Shown: piece after piece, positions 1 through 12,711 of the stretch
How positions within the stretch are numbered: the first letter of the stretch is position 1
Layout: every line of letters starts with the position of its first letter
Origin: Pristiophorus japonicus
Taxonomy: Eukaryota
Direction: 5' to 3'
NCBI RefSeq assembly: GCF_044704955.1
Contig: NC_091979.1
Span: 250,604,001-250,668,000 of the forward strand
DNA: 64,000 nucleotides
Position numbers and translations under genes: made by a program
The notes under the pieces: model-generated
Database searches by the model: none
What the model was told of the DNA's origin: nothing
What the model saw: only the letters and a program-made list of their open reading frames with translations

Positions 1-828
1 AAGGGGCCTTGCACAACGGTATTGCTAATTAATCCTCTCTCATTACACAACACCCAGTCTAAGATGGCCTCCCCCCTAGTTGGTTCCTCGACATATTGGT
101 CTAGAAAACCATCCCTTATGCACTCCAGGAAATCCTCCTCCACCGTATTGCTTCCAGTTTGGTTAGCCCAATCTATGTGCATATTAAAGTCACCCATTAT
201 AACTGTTGCACCCTTATTGCATGCACCCCTAATTTCCTGTTTGATGCCCTCCCCAACATCACTGCTACTGTTTGGAGGTCTGTGCACAACTCCCACTAAC
301 GTTTTTTGCCCTTTGGTGTTCTGCAGTTCTACCCATATAGATTCCACATCATCCAAACTAATGTCCATTCTAACTATTGCATTAATCTCCTCTTTAACCA
401 GCAATGCTACCCCACCTCCTTTTCCTTTTATTCTATCCTTCCTGAATGTTGAATACCCCTGGATGTTGAGTTCCCAGCCCTGATCATCCTGGAGCCACGT
501 CTCCGTAATCCCAATCACATCATATTTGTTAACATCTATTTGCAGTTAATTCATCCACCTTATTACGGATACTCCTTGCATTAAGACACAAAGCCTTCAG
601 GCTTGTTTTTTTAACACCCTTTTTCCTTTTAGAATTTTGTTGTACACTGTCCCTTTTTGTTTTTTGTCTTGGGTTTCTCTGCCCTCCACTTTTCCTCATC
701 TCCTTTCTGTCTTTTGCTTTTGTCTCCTTTTTGTTTCCCTCTGTCTCCCTGCATTGATTCCCATCCCCCTGCCATATTAGTTTAACTCCTCCCCAACAGC
801 ACTAGCAAACACTCCCCCTAGGACATTG
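1..828 (-). mobile_element. CR1-clade LINE fragment (end of ORF1 and APE endonuclease region), runs off window start
   Basis: Reverse complement closely matches 2888-3720 of the + strand CR1; antisense ORF 22-483 mirrors antisense ORFs 3075-3479 and 3539-3775. Confidence 0.9.
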
Positions 829-1424
829 ATCCGTGGCGTTGGTCACACGATGGAGTGCAGCCAAAAGGAGGGAGATTTCTTGTAGCCAACTGTACTCCTG
901 ACATTTAAAAGAATTTTTACACTTTCCTTTTATTTCCATCCAGCCAGGGGAGAGCTATCTCTCCCTCATTTAGATTTGTTATTGAATGCTGGTCTCTAGC
1001 CCAGCGGAGGCTTTGCAGTGATTGGGAGACCAGATTACAGAGGAATGCACGTGCACAGGACTGGCTCCCCTTTTGCTTGCACGACAGTAGCCGTTGGATC
1101 AGGAATGGATTTGATCTTGCTTCTGGGCAGGTCAGATTATTGCGACCTCAATTGACAGAGGGATTGATGCAGCCCTTGATTCGCCATTGACTGCACTCCT
1201 CCAACATAAAAGCACCCAATAACAGCATGTACAGTTCTTTTTTAAAAAAAAAGACAATCACAGCTTTTGCCTCTGGCTGACCTGTCTACTTGGAGACACA
1301 GCATCCATCGCTGGTCAGTACAGGCTGGCTGGACTGTCCAGCCCACATACACTGAAAACAGCAGCAGCTCTTTATACTTTAAGCTGAGTCACTGCCAGCC
1401 AAATAGCATCTCTCGAGGGGTTTA

Positions 1425-1699
1425 AGAACACAAGCATTAGGAGCAGGAGTAGGCCGTACGACCCCTCGAACCTGCTCCGCCATTCAATAAGATCGTGGCT
1501 GTTCTTCGACTTTAACTCCACTTTCCTGCCCGATCTCCATGTCCTTTACAATTCAAAAATCTATCTATCTCAGCCTTGAATGTACTCACTGACTGAGCAT
1601 CCACAGCCCTTTCAGGTAGAGAATTCCAAAGATTCACAACCCTCAAAGTCAAGAAATGTCTCCTCATCTCAGTCCTAAATTGCCACCCCCTTATCCCGA
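1425..1699 (-). mobile_element. Older CR1 3' end, left piece (split by the CR1 at 1700-5968)
   Basis: Begins AGAACACAAGCATTAGGAGCAGGAGTAGGCC, the reverse complement of the CR1 3' tail also seen at 27421 and 49841; sequence resumes at 5969. Confidence 0.8.
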
Positions 1700-1991
1700 G
1701 GCAGTCGGTGGTGGAGCGAGCAGCCGGAGGAGGAGTGAGGAGAGGTCTATAAAGGCACAGCGGGATTCCGGGGATCAGCGGCAGTTGGTGCTGGAGCGAG
1801 CAGCTAGCTGCAACAGGGTCAAAAGTAAGAAAGAAGTAAAAAGTAATTGAAGGGTGACGTCACAGCCAAGAGGGTAAGTGATTGGCTGGTTGAGTGGAGA
1901 GTAGTTTTTTTTTTCTTTATCTTTTTTCTTGTTATTATCAGTAAGAAACCTTTGGCATTGCTGCCAAATTAAGTAATTTAAGGGTTAAGTC

Positions 1992-2940
1992 ATGGCAAGA
2001 GAGTCCAGACCCGTGTCATGCTCCTCCTGTGCTACGTGGGAACTCGGGGATGCTTTCAGTGTCCCTGATGACTACATATGCAGGAAGTATATCCTGCTGC
2101 AGCTCCTGCCAGACCGCATTGCGGCACTGAAACTGCGCATGGATTCACTCTGGAGCATCCGCGATGCTGAGGATGGCGTGAATAGCACGTTTAGTGAGTT
2201 GGTCACACGGCAGATAAAGATTACACAGGCAGATAGGGAATGGGTGACCATCAGGCAGAATAGTGGAAGGAAGATAGTGCAGGGGTCCCCTGCGGGCATC
2301 TCCCTCCAAAACAGATGCACCACCTTGAGTAGTGTTGGGGGAGATGACTCATCAGGGGAAGGCAGCAGCAGCCATGTCCATGGCACCAGGGGTGGCTCTG
2401 CTACACAGGAGGGCAGGAAAGAGTGGGAGAGCTATAGTGATAGGGGATTTTATTGTAAGGGGAATAGATAGGCATTTCTGCGGCCGCAAACGAGACTCCA
2501 GGATGGTATGTTGCCTCCCTGGTGCAAGGGTCAAGGTTGTCTCGGAGCGGCTGCAGCGCATTCTGGAGGGGGAGGGTGAACAGCCAGCTGTTGTGGTACA
2601 CATAGGTAACAACGATATAGGTAAATAAATGGGATGAGTTCCTACAAGCTGAGTTGAGGGAGCTAGGAGTTAAATTAAAAAGTATTACCTCAAAAGGTAG
2701 TAATCTCAGGATTGCTACGAGTGCCACGTGCTAGTCAGAGTAGGAATGGCAGGATAGCCAAGATGAATACGTGGTTTGAGGAGTGGTGCAGGAGGGAGCG
2801 ATTCAAATTCCTGGGACATTGGAACCGGTTCTGGGGGAGGTGGGACCAGTACAAACCAAACGGTCTGCACTTGGGCAGGACCGGAACCAATGTCCTTGGG
2901 GGAAGTGTCTGCTAGTGCTGTTGGGGAGGGGTTAAACTAA
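1992..2940 (+). pseudogene. CR1 ORF1 (CxxC zinc finger plus SGNH/GDSL esterase), frameshifted
   Basis: MARESRPVSCSSC...CRK, IVIGDFIVRG (GDS block), CLPGARV, VVHIGNND (GxND), NGLHL (DxxH) spread across three ORF fragments. Confidence 0.85.
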
Positions 2941-3109
2941 TATGGCAGGGGGATGGGAACCTATGTAGGGAGACAGAGTGAAGCAGAATGGGGGCAAAAG
3001 AAAAAAAGATAGCAAGAAGAAAAGTAAAAGCGCAGGGCAAAGAAACCCCAAGGCAAAAATCAAAAAGGGCCACATTACAGCAAAATTCTAAAAGGGACAA
3101 AGTGTGCTA

Positions 3110-5880
3110 AAAAGACAAGCCTGAAGGCTCTGTGCCTCAATGCGAGGAGTATTCGTAATAAGGTTGACGAATTGACTGCGCAGGTAGCTATTAACAAATA
3201 TAATATAATTGGGATTACGGAGACATGGCTCCAGGGTGACCAAGGCTGGGAACTCAATATCCAGGGGTATTCAACATTCATGAAGGATAGACAGAAAGGA
3301 AAAGGAGATGGGGTAGTATTGCTGGTTAAAGAGGAAATTAATGCAATAGTAAGGAAGGACATTAGCTTGGATGATATAGAATCTGTATGGGTAGAGCTGC
3401 GGAATACCAAAGGGCAGTAAACACCAGTGGGAGCTGTGTACAGACCAAACAGTAGTAATGAGGTTGGGGGCAGCATCAATCAAGAAATTAGGGATGTGTG
3501 CAATAAAAGGTACAGCAGTTATCATGGGCAGCTTTAGTCTACATATTAGATTGGGCTAACCAAACTGGTAGCAATATGGAGGATGATGATTTTCTGGAGT
3601 GTATTAGGCATGGTTTTCGAGACCAATATGTCGAGGAACCAACTGGAGGGCTGGCCATCCTAGACTGGGTGTTGTGTAATGAGAAAGGACTAATTAGCAA
3701 TCTTGTTGTGTGAGGCCCCTTGGGGAAGAGTGACCATAATATGGTAGAATTCTTTATTAAGATGGAGTGTGACACAGTTAATTCAGTGACTAGGGTCCTG
3801 AAATTCAGGAAGATAACTTCGATGGTATGAGACGTGAATTGGCTAGAATAGACTGGTGAATGATACTTAAAAGGGTTGATGGTGGATAGATAATGGCAAA
3901 CATTTAAAGATCACATGGATGAACTTCGACAATTGTACATCTGGAGTAAAAACAAAAACAGGGAAGGTGGTTCAACCGTGGCTAACAAGGGATACTGTTA
4001 AATCCAAGGAAGAGGCATATAAATTGGCCAGAAAAAGCAGCAAACCTGAGGACTGGAAGAAATTTAGAATTCAGCAGAGGGTTTAATTAGGAGGGGGAAA
4101 ATAGAGTATGAGAGGAAGCTTGCTGGGAACATAAAACTGACTGCAAAAGCTTCTGTAGATATGTGAAGAGAAAAAGATTAGTGAAGACAAACGTAGGTCT
4201 CTTGCAGTCAGAATCAGGTGACTTTATAATGGGGAACAAGGAAATTGCAGACCAATTGAACAAATACTTTGGTTCTGTCTTCACGAAGGAAGACACAAAT
4301 AACCCTCCGGAAATACTGGGGGACCGAGGGTCTAGCGAGAATGAGGAACTGAAGGAAATCTTTATAGTCAGAAAATTGATGGGATTGAAGGCCGATAAAT
4401 CCCCAGGGACTGATAGTCTGCATCCCAGAGTACTTAAGGGAAGTGGCCCTAGAAATAGTGGATGCCTTGGTGATCATTTTCCAACAGTCTATCGATTCTG
4501 GATCAGTTCCTATGGACTGGAGGGTAGCTAATGTAACCCCACTTTTAAAAAAAAAAGAGGGAGAGAGAGAAAACGGGGAACTATAGATCGGCTAGCCTGA
4601 CATCAGTAGTGGGGAAAAGGTTAGAATCAATTATTAAAGATGAAATCGCAGCGCATTTGGAAAGCAGTGACAGGATCGGTCCAAGTCAGCATGGATTTAT
4701 GAAAGGGAAATCATGCTTGACAAATCTTCTAGTTACATCTGCAAAAAATTCCAGTAGAGTGGACAAGGGAGAATCAGTGGATGTGGTGTATTTGGACTTT
4801 CAAAAGGCTTTTGACAAGGTCCCACACAAGAGATTGGTGTGCAAAATCTAAGTACATGGTATTGGGGGTAATATACTGATGTGGATAGAGAACTGGTTGG
4901 CAGACAGGAAACAGAGAGTAGGGATAAACGGGTCCTTCTCAGAATGGCAGGCAGTGACTATTGGGGTGCCGCAGGGCTAAGTGCTGGGACCCCAGCTATT
5001 TACAATATACATCAATGATTTAGATGAAGAAATTGAGTGTAATATCTCCAAATTTGCAGATGACACTAAGCTGGGTGGCGGTGAGAGCTGTGAAAGGATG
5101 CTATGAGGCTGCAGGGTGACTTGGACAAGTTAGGCGAGTGGGCAAATGCATGGCAGATGCAGTATAATGTGGATAAATGTGAGGTTATCCACTTTGGTGG
5201 CAAAAACATGAAGGCAGAATATTATCTGCATGGCGGCAGATTAGGAAAAGGGGAGGTGCAATGATTCCTGGATATCATGGTACATAATTCATTGAAAGTT
5301 GGGATGCAGGTACAGCAGGTGGTGAAGAAGGGAAATGGCATGTTGGCCTTCATAGCGAGAGGATTTGAGTATAGGAGCAGGGAGGTCTACAGGGCCTTGG
5401 TGAGGCCTCATCTGGATTATTGTGTTCAGTATTGGTCTCCTAATCTGAGGAAGGATGTTCTTGCTATTGAGGAAGTGCAGCGAGGGTTCACCAGACTGAT
5501 TCCCGGGATGGGAGGACTGACATACGAAGAAAGACTGAATCGACTAGGCCTGTATTCACTGGAGTTTAGAAGAATGAGAGGGGTTCTCATAGAAACATAT
5601 AAAATTCTGACGGAACTGGACAGGTTAGATGTAGGAAGAATGTTCCCAAAGTTGGGGAAGTCCAGAACCAGGGGTCACAGTCTAAGGATAAAGGGGTAAG
5701 CCATTTAGGACTGAGATAAGGAGAAACTTCTTCACTCAGAAGTTGTTAAGCTGTGGAATTCTCTACTGCAGAGAGTTGTTGATGCCAGTTCATTAGATAT
5801 ATCCAAGAGGGAGTTAGATATGACCCTTACGGCTAAAGGTATCAAGGGGTATGGAGAGAAAGCAGGAAAGGGGTACTGAG
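3110..5880 (+). pseudogene. CR1 ORF2 (APE endonuclease plus reverse transcriptase), many stops and frameshifts
   Basis: IIGITETWL, SDH, KSPG.D.LHPRVLK, QHGFMKGKSCLTNL, YLDFQKAFDKVPH, FADD, YRALVRPHLDY. Confidence 0.9.
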
Positions 5881-5968
5881 TTGAATGATCAGCCATAATC
5901 TTATTGAATGGTGGTGCAGGCTCGAAGGGCCGAATCGCCTACTCCTGCACCTATTTTCTATGTTTCTT

Positions 5969-6200
5969 TGTACCCCCTAGTTCTAGATGGTCAGCATCTA
6001 CCCTGTCAAGCTCTCAGAACCCATGTGTTTCAATGAGATCATCTCGATCTTCTAAACTCGAGAGTATAGGTCCATTCTACTCAATCTCTCCTCATAGGAC
6101 CAACCCTCTCATCCCAGGAATCAATCTAGTGAACCTTCGTTACAGCCCCTCCAGGACAAGTATTTCCTACCTCAGGTACGGAAACCAAAACTGTTCACAG
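5969..6200 (-). mobile_element. Older CR1 fragment, right piece
   Basis: Continues the antisense CR1 interrupted at 1699 (CCCCTAGTTCTAGA...ATCCCAGGAATCAATCTAGTGAACC...ACCAAAACTG). Confidence 0.75.
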
Positions 6201-6633
6201 TTCCTTCCCTCCTCCTGTGGCAATAGTCCCACCTTGCTTACATCACAGTGCTGCTAAGGTTGGAGTTGTCATCAGTGCTCGTACTGTAATGCTCCTACAT
6301 TACAACAGTGACTACAGCCAATGAAGTACTTTTTGAAGTGCAAAGTGCTTTGGAACATCCTGTGGTTGTGAAAGGCGCTGTATAAATGCAAATCTTTCTT
6401 CATATAAACAACTTGTTTTTATACAGTGCCTCATTGCACCCTCAGGATATCCAAAGCGTTTTACAACAAATGGATTACTTTTGAAGTGCAGACACTATTG
6501 TTATGCAGCAGCCAATCAGGGTGCAGCAAAGTCCTCCACATAGCAAATGAATCCATGGCAAGATAATCTGCTTTTTGGCAAGACTGGGGAAGAAATATTG
6601 GCCATGACACAGGAAAAACTTCATGCTCTTCTT

Positions 6634-7075
6634 CAGCTGTGGCTCAGTGGTAGCACGGTCACCTCGGAGTCAGTAAGTTCTTGGTTCAAGCCCCACTCCA
6701 GAGACTTGAGCACATAGTCTAGACTGATTCTCTCTCTCTCTCTCTCTCTCTCTCTATACAGCATTGGAGTGAGAGAGTGTGCCGTACGATTTTGATTCCG
6801 TCTTTTGGAGGGGATCTGAAACCGGGATCCTGTTTGCCTGCTTAGGTAGACAAAAAAGATCCTATAGCAGTATTCAAAGAGCAGGGGAGTTCTTCCGGTG
6901 TCCTGACCGATATTTATCCCTGAACTACCAACACGAAGATCGATTATCTGCTCATTTGTGGGATCTTTCTGTGCATCAATTTCCTACATTACAACAGCGA
7001 GTACATTTTAAAAATACTTTATTGGCTGTGAAGTGCTTTGGGGCATCCTGAGGTCAAGAAAGATGCTATATAAAT
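6634..7075 (+). mobile_element. tRNA-headed Deu-domain SINE (SacSINE1-like), containing a (CT)n tract
   Basis: A box TGTGGCTCAGTGG, B box GGTTCAAGCCCC, Deu-like core AAAAGATCC...CCGGTGTCCTG, L2-like tail ending GCTATATAAAT. Confidence 0.8.
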
Positions 7076-7274
7076 TGTTAAGTCTAGAAGAACTTCACGA
7101 GACTGAGTACTGAGAGCTAAAACTGATGTGACCTTAGTCTCTTTATTACAACTCGAGTGCTTAAGCAGCATGGCAGACAACCTTTTATACTCTTGCACGA
7201 GGTGTGCAGGTGACCCCTGGGCCTCCAACAATTGCACCCTCTGGTGGCAAGTTACAATATTTACATACATAACA
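7076..7274 (-). mobile_element. Solo LTR (Gypsy type)
   Basis: TGTTA...TAACA termini, perfect 5-bp TSD TAAAT (7071-7075 / 7275-7279), reverse AATAAA and TATAAAA as in the other LTRs. Confidence 0.85.
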
Positions 7275-7414
7275 TAAATGAAGAAAGTTATTTTTTTTTC
7301 CTCTCTTCAAATTATGTCATGGGATCTTTTAACCACCTGAACAGGAACTATCACCAAGAGAGGAGAAATCAGCACAATGCCAAGTAATCAGTTAGTAAAA
7401 ATCTGAGAGCAAGT

Positions 7415-7555
7415 TATCCATCCAGTGTCTCAGTCTGGGAATGCTATGTGACATCAAGGGGGCATCAGATCTGGGACAATATTTTTAATTTGCCCCCTTG
7501 ATGCCACACAGCATTCACATTTGCTTTGGGTCTCCGTGACACTACCTGGATGATT
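7415..7555. repeat. Palindromic MITE-like element
   Basis: 7439-7464 and 7491-7516 are 24/26 inverted repeats, with weaker outer arms. Confidence 0.6.
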
Positions 7556-7564
7556 TTTTTAAAA

Positions 7565-7785
7565 CTTCATTCACAGGATATGGGTGTCGCTGGATAGACC
7601 AGCATTTATTGTCCATCAATAACTGACCTTAAGAAGGTGGTGATCAGCCGCCTTCTTGAACCGCAGCAGTCTATGTAGTGAAGGTACTCCCATGGTGCGA
7701 TTAGGGAGATAGTTCCAGGATTGTGACCCGATGATGAAGGAACGATATATTTCCTAGTCATGATAGTGTGACGTGGAGGGGAACG
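7565..7785 (-). mobile_element. 3' fragment of another common shark LINE (clade uncertain)
   Basis: GGATATGGGTGTCGCTGG...AGCATTTATTG...CCGCCTTCTTGAACCGC motif recalled from shark LINE 3' ends. Confidence 0.45.
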
Positions 7786-8009
7786 TGTGATGTATTTGCT
7801 TCATGGGTTCTTTGCTATTAAGAACTACTTGGTTTATTAACAAAGGTTTTATCACACCACACATTACCAGTTCATCCATAAGGATTCTGAACCCAATTGG
7901 CTGGGGTTTCATTGAGTCTTATCAGTTGACTGGCTAAGCCACTCACAAGGCAACAACTCTAACTATTTTGTATCTCTACAACTATTTTGTAAATGTGAGC
8001 ATCCTCACA
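7786..8009. mobile_element. Candidate solo LTR
   Basis: TGTGA...TCACA termini and internal TTTATT; no clear TSD. Confidence 0.4.
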
Positions 8010-8015
8010 GGTGTA

Positions 8016-8313
8016 TCATCATCATCATAGGCAGTTCCTCGAAAATCGAGGAAGACTTGCTTCCACTCCAAAAATATGAGTTCTTAGGTGACTGTACAGT
8101 CCAATATTGGAATTACAGTCTCTAACAAGTGGGACAGACAGTCGTCGAAGGACAGGGTGGTTGGGACTGGTTTGCCGCACGCTTCTTCTGCTGCATGCGC
8201 TTGGCTTCTGCATACTCTCGGCGATGAGACTTGAGGTGCTCAGCGCCCTCCTGGATGCACTTCCTCCACCTAGGGCAATCTTTGGCCAGGGACTCCCAGG
8301 TGTTGGTGGGGAT
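8016..8313 (-). mobile_element. RTE-clade LINE, 3' piece (C-terminal C2H2 finger, (GAT)n tail)
   Basis: TWESLAKDCPRWRKCI, CPTC and IGLYSHLRTH on the minus strand; (TCA)n at 8016. Confidence 0.85.
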
Positions 8314-8575
8314 TGTAAAGTCCTGTCCCTGCAGTACAGACTCACATGAGGCACATGCTGAAGTCAAGGTCACTCAGGACCTGCACCTTTATTACACAGC
8401 TCTTGAATGCCACACTTGCCCGAGACCTGTCCTTATATACCTGTCTGGGACAGGTATCCAGTGTCTCCTGCAAGTGCACCCCTGGTGGTAAGGTAAGCTT
8501 GTGGTTACAGGTCATCTCTAGTTAGTCATGTATAGCAAGGTAAGATACAGTTATATACAGTAGAGATACATGACA
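8314..8575 (-). repeat. 3' LTR of Gypsy 1
   Basis: TGTAAAG...ATGACA, direct repeat of 12446-12711. Confidence 0.92.
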
Positions 8576-8608
8576 TCACCCTCCCCCAAGGTCTTAATCT
8601 TTATAGGT

Positions 8609-11600
8609 TCAGTCTCTCAGGTGGTCTACGCTCGCGCGTGGAGCATCTTTGTGGTTCAGTTGTTTGTCTTCCTGCCGGTTTTTCTTTCGGTGCGATTGCT
8701 GGTATCTCGCCTGGCTGTCTGTTTCGTTCAGTATGATTGTTGGGATTGCCCTTTCCTCAGGTTGTTCCCTCTGTCTGTCCACCAGGTGTGGTGTGAGTTC
8801 CACATTGTAGTCTGCTTCTGGTTCAGCAGTGTTGTTGGTAAATCTACTTTTGACTTGGTCTACATGCCTCCGGCAGGTTTGGCCATTGTCCATTAGTACC
8901 ATCAGTAGCCGGTTTCCTTCCTTGTCTGTTACTGTTCCTGAAAGCCATTTGGGACCCCTGCCATAGTTTAGCACAAACACTTTGTCCCCTATCTCATTTC
9001 ACCTCCCCCTCGAATTTCGGTCATGGTACTTAGTTAGAATTTGACGCTTAGCCTCAACAATTTCATGCATGTCTGGGAGGATTAATGAGAGCCTTGTCTT
9101 TAAGGTCTGTTTCATCAATAGTTGTGCGGGGGGAACTCCAGTCAATGAATGCGGATGAGATCTGTATGCCAGCAGCAGTCGCGACAGGCGGCCCTGCAAC
9201 GTGGGACCTTGGATTTTGAGCATGCCTTGTTTAATGATCTGCACTGCTCGTTCCACCTGGCCGTTGGGGGCCGGCTTGAATGGTGCCGTCCTAACGTGAT
9301 TTATGCCGTGGTCACTCATACAATCTTGGAATTCTGCGCTGGTGAAGCACGGACCATTATCACTGACCAATATGTCAGGAATGCCGTGCGTTGCGAACAT
9401 GGTTCCAAGGCTCTCCACAGTGGTGGAGGTGGTGCTCAAGTTTAAAATGGTGCATTTGATCCACTTTGAAAATGTATCTACAACTACGAGGAACATTTTG
9501 CCCATGAGTGGGCCCGCATAGTCTACGTGCACCCGCGACCACAGTTTGGTGGGCCAGGGCCTCAGGGTGGCATTACCGAGTTGGGCACAAATGGTGCACC
9601 TTCGGACGCAGAGCTCCAAGTCCGCGTCAATGCCAGGCCACCAGACGTGGGATCTGGCTATGGCCTTCATGAGAACGATCCCCGGGTGCTCGTGGTGGAG
9701 CTCCCGGACAAATGCCTCTCTGCCTTGCAGAGGCATAACTACTCGGCTGCCCCACATCAGGCAATCTGCTTGTAGTGACAGCTCATGCATGTGCCTATGG
9801 AAAGATTTGATCTCCTCGGGGCAGGCATCACGAGCCTCTGCCCAGTCACCAGTTAAGACATCTTTTTATTAGGGATAACGTGGGGTCGCTGGTCGTCCAG
9901 GCTCTGATTTGGCGAGCCGTCATGGGCGAACTTGTGAACTCAAAGGCATTGATTGCCATGACTATCAGTCCTGTTCGTCAGACCTTTCCGTGGTTGCCAG
10001 GGGTAGCCTGCTAAGCGCATCGGCACAGTTGTCTGTGCCTTATGGTGTAAATCGTAAGAGGTCAGCATGAGTGCCCACCGTTGAATGCGCGCCGAGGCGT
10101 TGGCATTTATTGCCTTGCTCTCAGATAGTAGAGACGAGAGGTTTGTGGTCGGTTTCGAACGCAAACTTGGCCCTGAAAAAAGGTATTGTTGCATCTTTGA
10201 CACCGTACACACACGCGAGCGCCTCCTTCTCCACCATTCCGTACCCGCGTTCCGCCCGCGAAAGTGACCTGGAAGCATAAGCTATGGGTTGTAATTTACC
10301 CGTACTATTGACTTGAAAAATGCACCCGACCCCGTACGCTGACGCATCACATGTAAGAACTAGCTTTTTACCTGGATCAAAGAAAGTCAAAACACTGTTG
10401 GAACACAGAAGGATGCGTGCCTTATTGAAGGCGCGTTCCAGGGCGTCCCCACCAAACCAATCGCACCCCTTTCTGAGTAGCACGTGGAGAGGTTCCAGCA
10501 GCATGCTCAAGTTCTGCATAAGATTCCCAAAGTAATTGAGTAGTCCGAAAAAGGCGCGCAGTTCTGACACATTCCGGGGCCTGGGTGCCAGGCGAATTGC
10601 TTCAGTTTTGGACTCTGTTGGGCGGATTCCATCAGCGGCAATCCTTCTGCCCAAAAATTCAACCTCTGGCGCGAGAAACAGGCACTTGGATTTCTTAACA
10701 CTTCGGCCTACCCGATCCAACCGCTTTAGTACTTCCTCCAAATTGCGGAGATGGGAGTCTGTGTCCCTGCCCGTGATAAGTATGTCGTCTTGAAATACAA
10801 CCGTCCCCGGGATGGACTTGAGCAGACTCTCCATGTTGCGCTGGAATATGGCAGCTGCTGACCTGATGCCAAATGGGCATCGATTGTACATGAAAAGGCC
10901 TCGATGTGTGTTGATGGTGGTGAGTAGCCTAGACTCGGTCAGTTCTTGCGTCATATACGCAGATGTGAGATCTAGTCGAGAAAAGTTTTCCTCCAGCCAA
11001 TGTGGCAAATAAGTTTTCCGCTCTGGGCAATGGGTATTGGTCCTGTAGGGAGACTTTGTTTATGTAGATTTGTAGTCCCCACAGATTTATACGGATCCAT
11101 CAGGCTTCATGACTGGGATGATGGGACTTGCCCAGTCGCCAAATTCCACGGGTGAGATAATGCCTTCCCGCAGAAGCCTGTCCAGTTCATGTACAATCGT
11201 TTCCCTCATCACATAGGGCATAGCTCTAGCCTGGTGATGGACTGGTCTGGCATCCTGTGTGATGTAGATTTTGACTTTAGCCCCTTTGAAGGTGCCCACA
11301 CCTGGCTGAAAGATGTTCAAATCGACTTGGAACTGCTGAGCAGGAGGTCAGTTCCTCTGACGACATGGAGTGAACCTCATCCCATTTCCAGTTTAGTTTT
11401 GCCAGCCAGCTTCTCCCCAGCAGTGCTGGGAGATCTAGAGGGGACAATCCACAGGGGAAGTCAGTTCACTGTCCCTTTGTGTGTGACTGAGAGCATGGCG
11501 CTGCCAAGGACAGGGACAATTTCTTTGGTATAGGTCCTTAGTTTGGTGTCGACCCTTGAGCTTTGTGAGTTTCTGCAAACAGCATACTGAAATCGACACC

Positions 11601-12410
11601 CCCTTGATGAGTGCCTTCCACCACAGACTGCTTCCATTGTTTCCAAAGGATGAGCTGCGCCTGGCTGATCTCTCTTGAGCTTCTCTCAGTTTGTAGTTGA
11701 TTGCTCGCATTGTGGGTTGATGAGGTGTGAACGGCCGTTCATGTGGCCCTTGATGGCTTCTGGCACCACTGCCTGCTGTTGAGGGCCTGCTCTCCTGCCT
11801 TTGTGTGTGTGAGGGGGTAGCGGCTTGTTTCACGCTGTGAACCCCTTGTTCCAATGTTTTGTTAGTTGTTGTACCTGCAGTGTAGATCAACCTCGTCGTT
11901 TCTTCTCCTGCCAAGAATGTCTGTGCAACCAATGCTGCTGCCTCTAGGGTCAAGTTCTTGGTCTCTATGAGCTTTCGGAATATGCCTGCGTGGCCTATTC
12001 CTTCAATAAAAAAAGTCTCAGTACTTCTCACCTTAGTTCATCGGAGAACTCACATAAACTAGCCAACCTCCGAAGTTCCGCCACGAAGGTCGGGTATGCT
12101 CTGGCCCACACAGCGTCTGCAGTTGTAGAACCTGTGTATGGCCATATGTAGGCTGCTCGCTGGCTTCAGGTGGTCTCTTACCAGTGTGCTCAACTCCTCA
12201 AACGACTTGCTTGCTGGTTTCTCGGGTGCCAGCAGGTCCTTCAATAAGGCGTATGTTTGAGCCACAGCTGGTCAAGAGAAGGGCTCTTCTCTTGTCTGCC
12301 TTATCGTCGCCTAACCAGTCTTTGGTTATAGAAAGGCTCCAGCAAAGCTTTGTAAAGTCCTCCCAATTATCTCCAGCATTGTATTTTTCATCTGAGCCGT
12401 TGGTCGCCAT
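8609..12410 (-). pseudogene. Gypsy 1 gag-pol remnant
   Basis: gag MATNGSDEKY..WEDF; RT LDLTSAY, PFG, FQDD; RNaseH CDASAYGVG; integrase HHEH..CTIC, HVDYAGP, SDNG, GQVER. Confidence 0.9.
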
Positions 12411-12445
12411 TCTGTGGATTCTGTAATCCCGTAACTCGTCGCCAC

Positions 12446-12711
12446 TGTAAAGTCCTGTCCCTGCAGTACAGACTCACACGAGGCACATGCTGAAGTCAAG
12501 GTCACTCAGGACCTGCATCTTAATTACACAGCTCTCGAAAGCCACACTTGCCTGAGACCTGTCTTTAAATACCTGTGTGGGACAGATATCCAGTGTCTCC
12601 TGCAAGTGCACCCCTGGTGGTAAGGTAAGCTTGTGGTTACAGGTCATCGAGTTACGGTCATGTATAGCATGGTAAGATACAGTTATGTACAGTAGTGTGA
12701 GATACATGACC
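12446..12711 (-). repeat. 5' LTR of Gypsy 1
   Basis: Direct repeat of 8314-8575, adjacent to the PBS. Confidence 0.92.

Larger units (their letters stand above)
1700..5968 (+). mobile_element. Near full-length CR1 LINE (~4.3 kb), degenerate
   Basis: GC-rich 5' UTR, ORF1 (zinc finger plus esterase), ORF2 (APE plus RT, FADD at ~5053), 3' tail CCTATTTTCTATGTTTC. Confidence 0.93.
8314..12711 (-). mobile_element. Ty3/Gypsy LTR retrotransposon 1 (degenerate, internal deletion around the gag-protease junction)
   Basis: LTRs 8314-8575 and 12446-12711, PBS TGGCGACGA, PPT GGGGGAGGGTGA, TSD GGGAT/GGGTT, order gag-RT-RNaseH-IN. Confidence 0.93.

Noticed and set aside
6634-6710. tRNA-like A/B boxes here and at ~24105, 26266, 28181, 35621, 39896, 60819
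   Set aside because: These are SINE heads, mostly followed by the Deu core, not tRNA genes.
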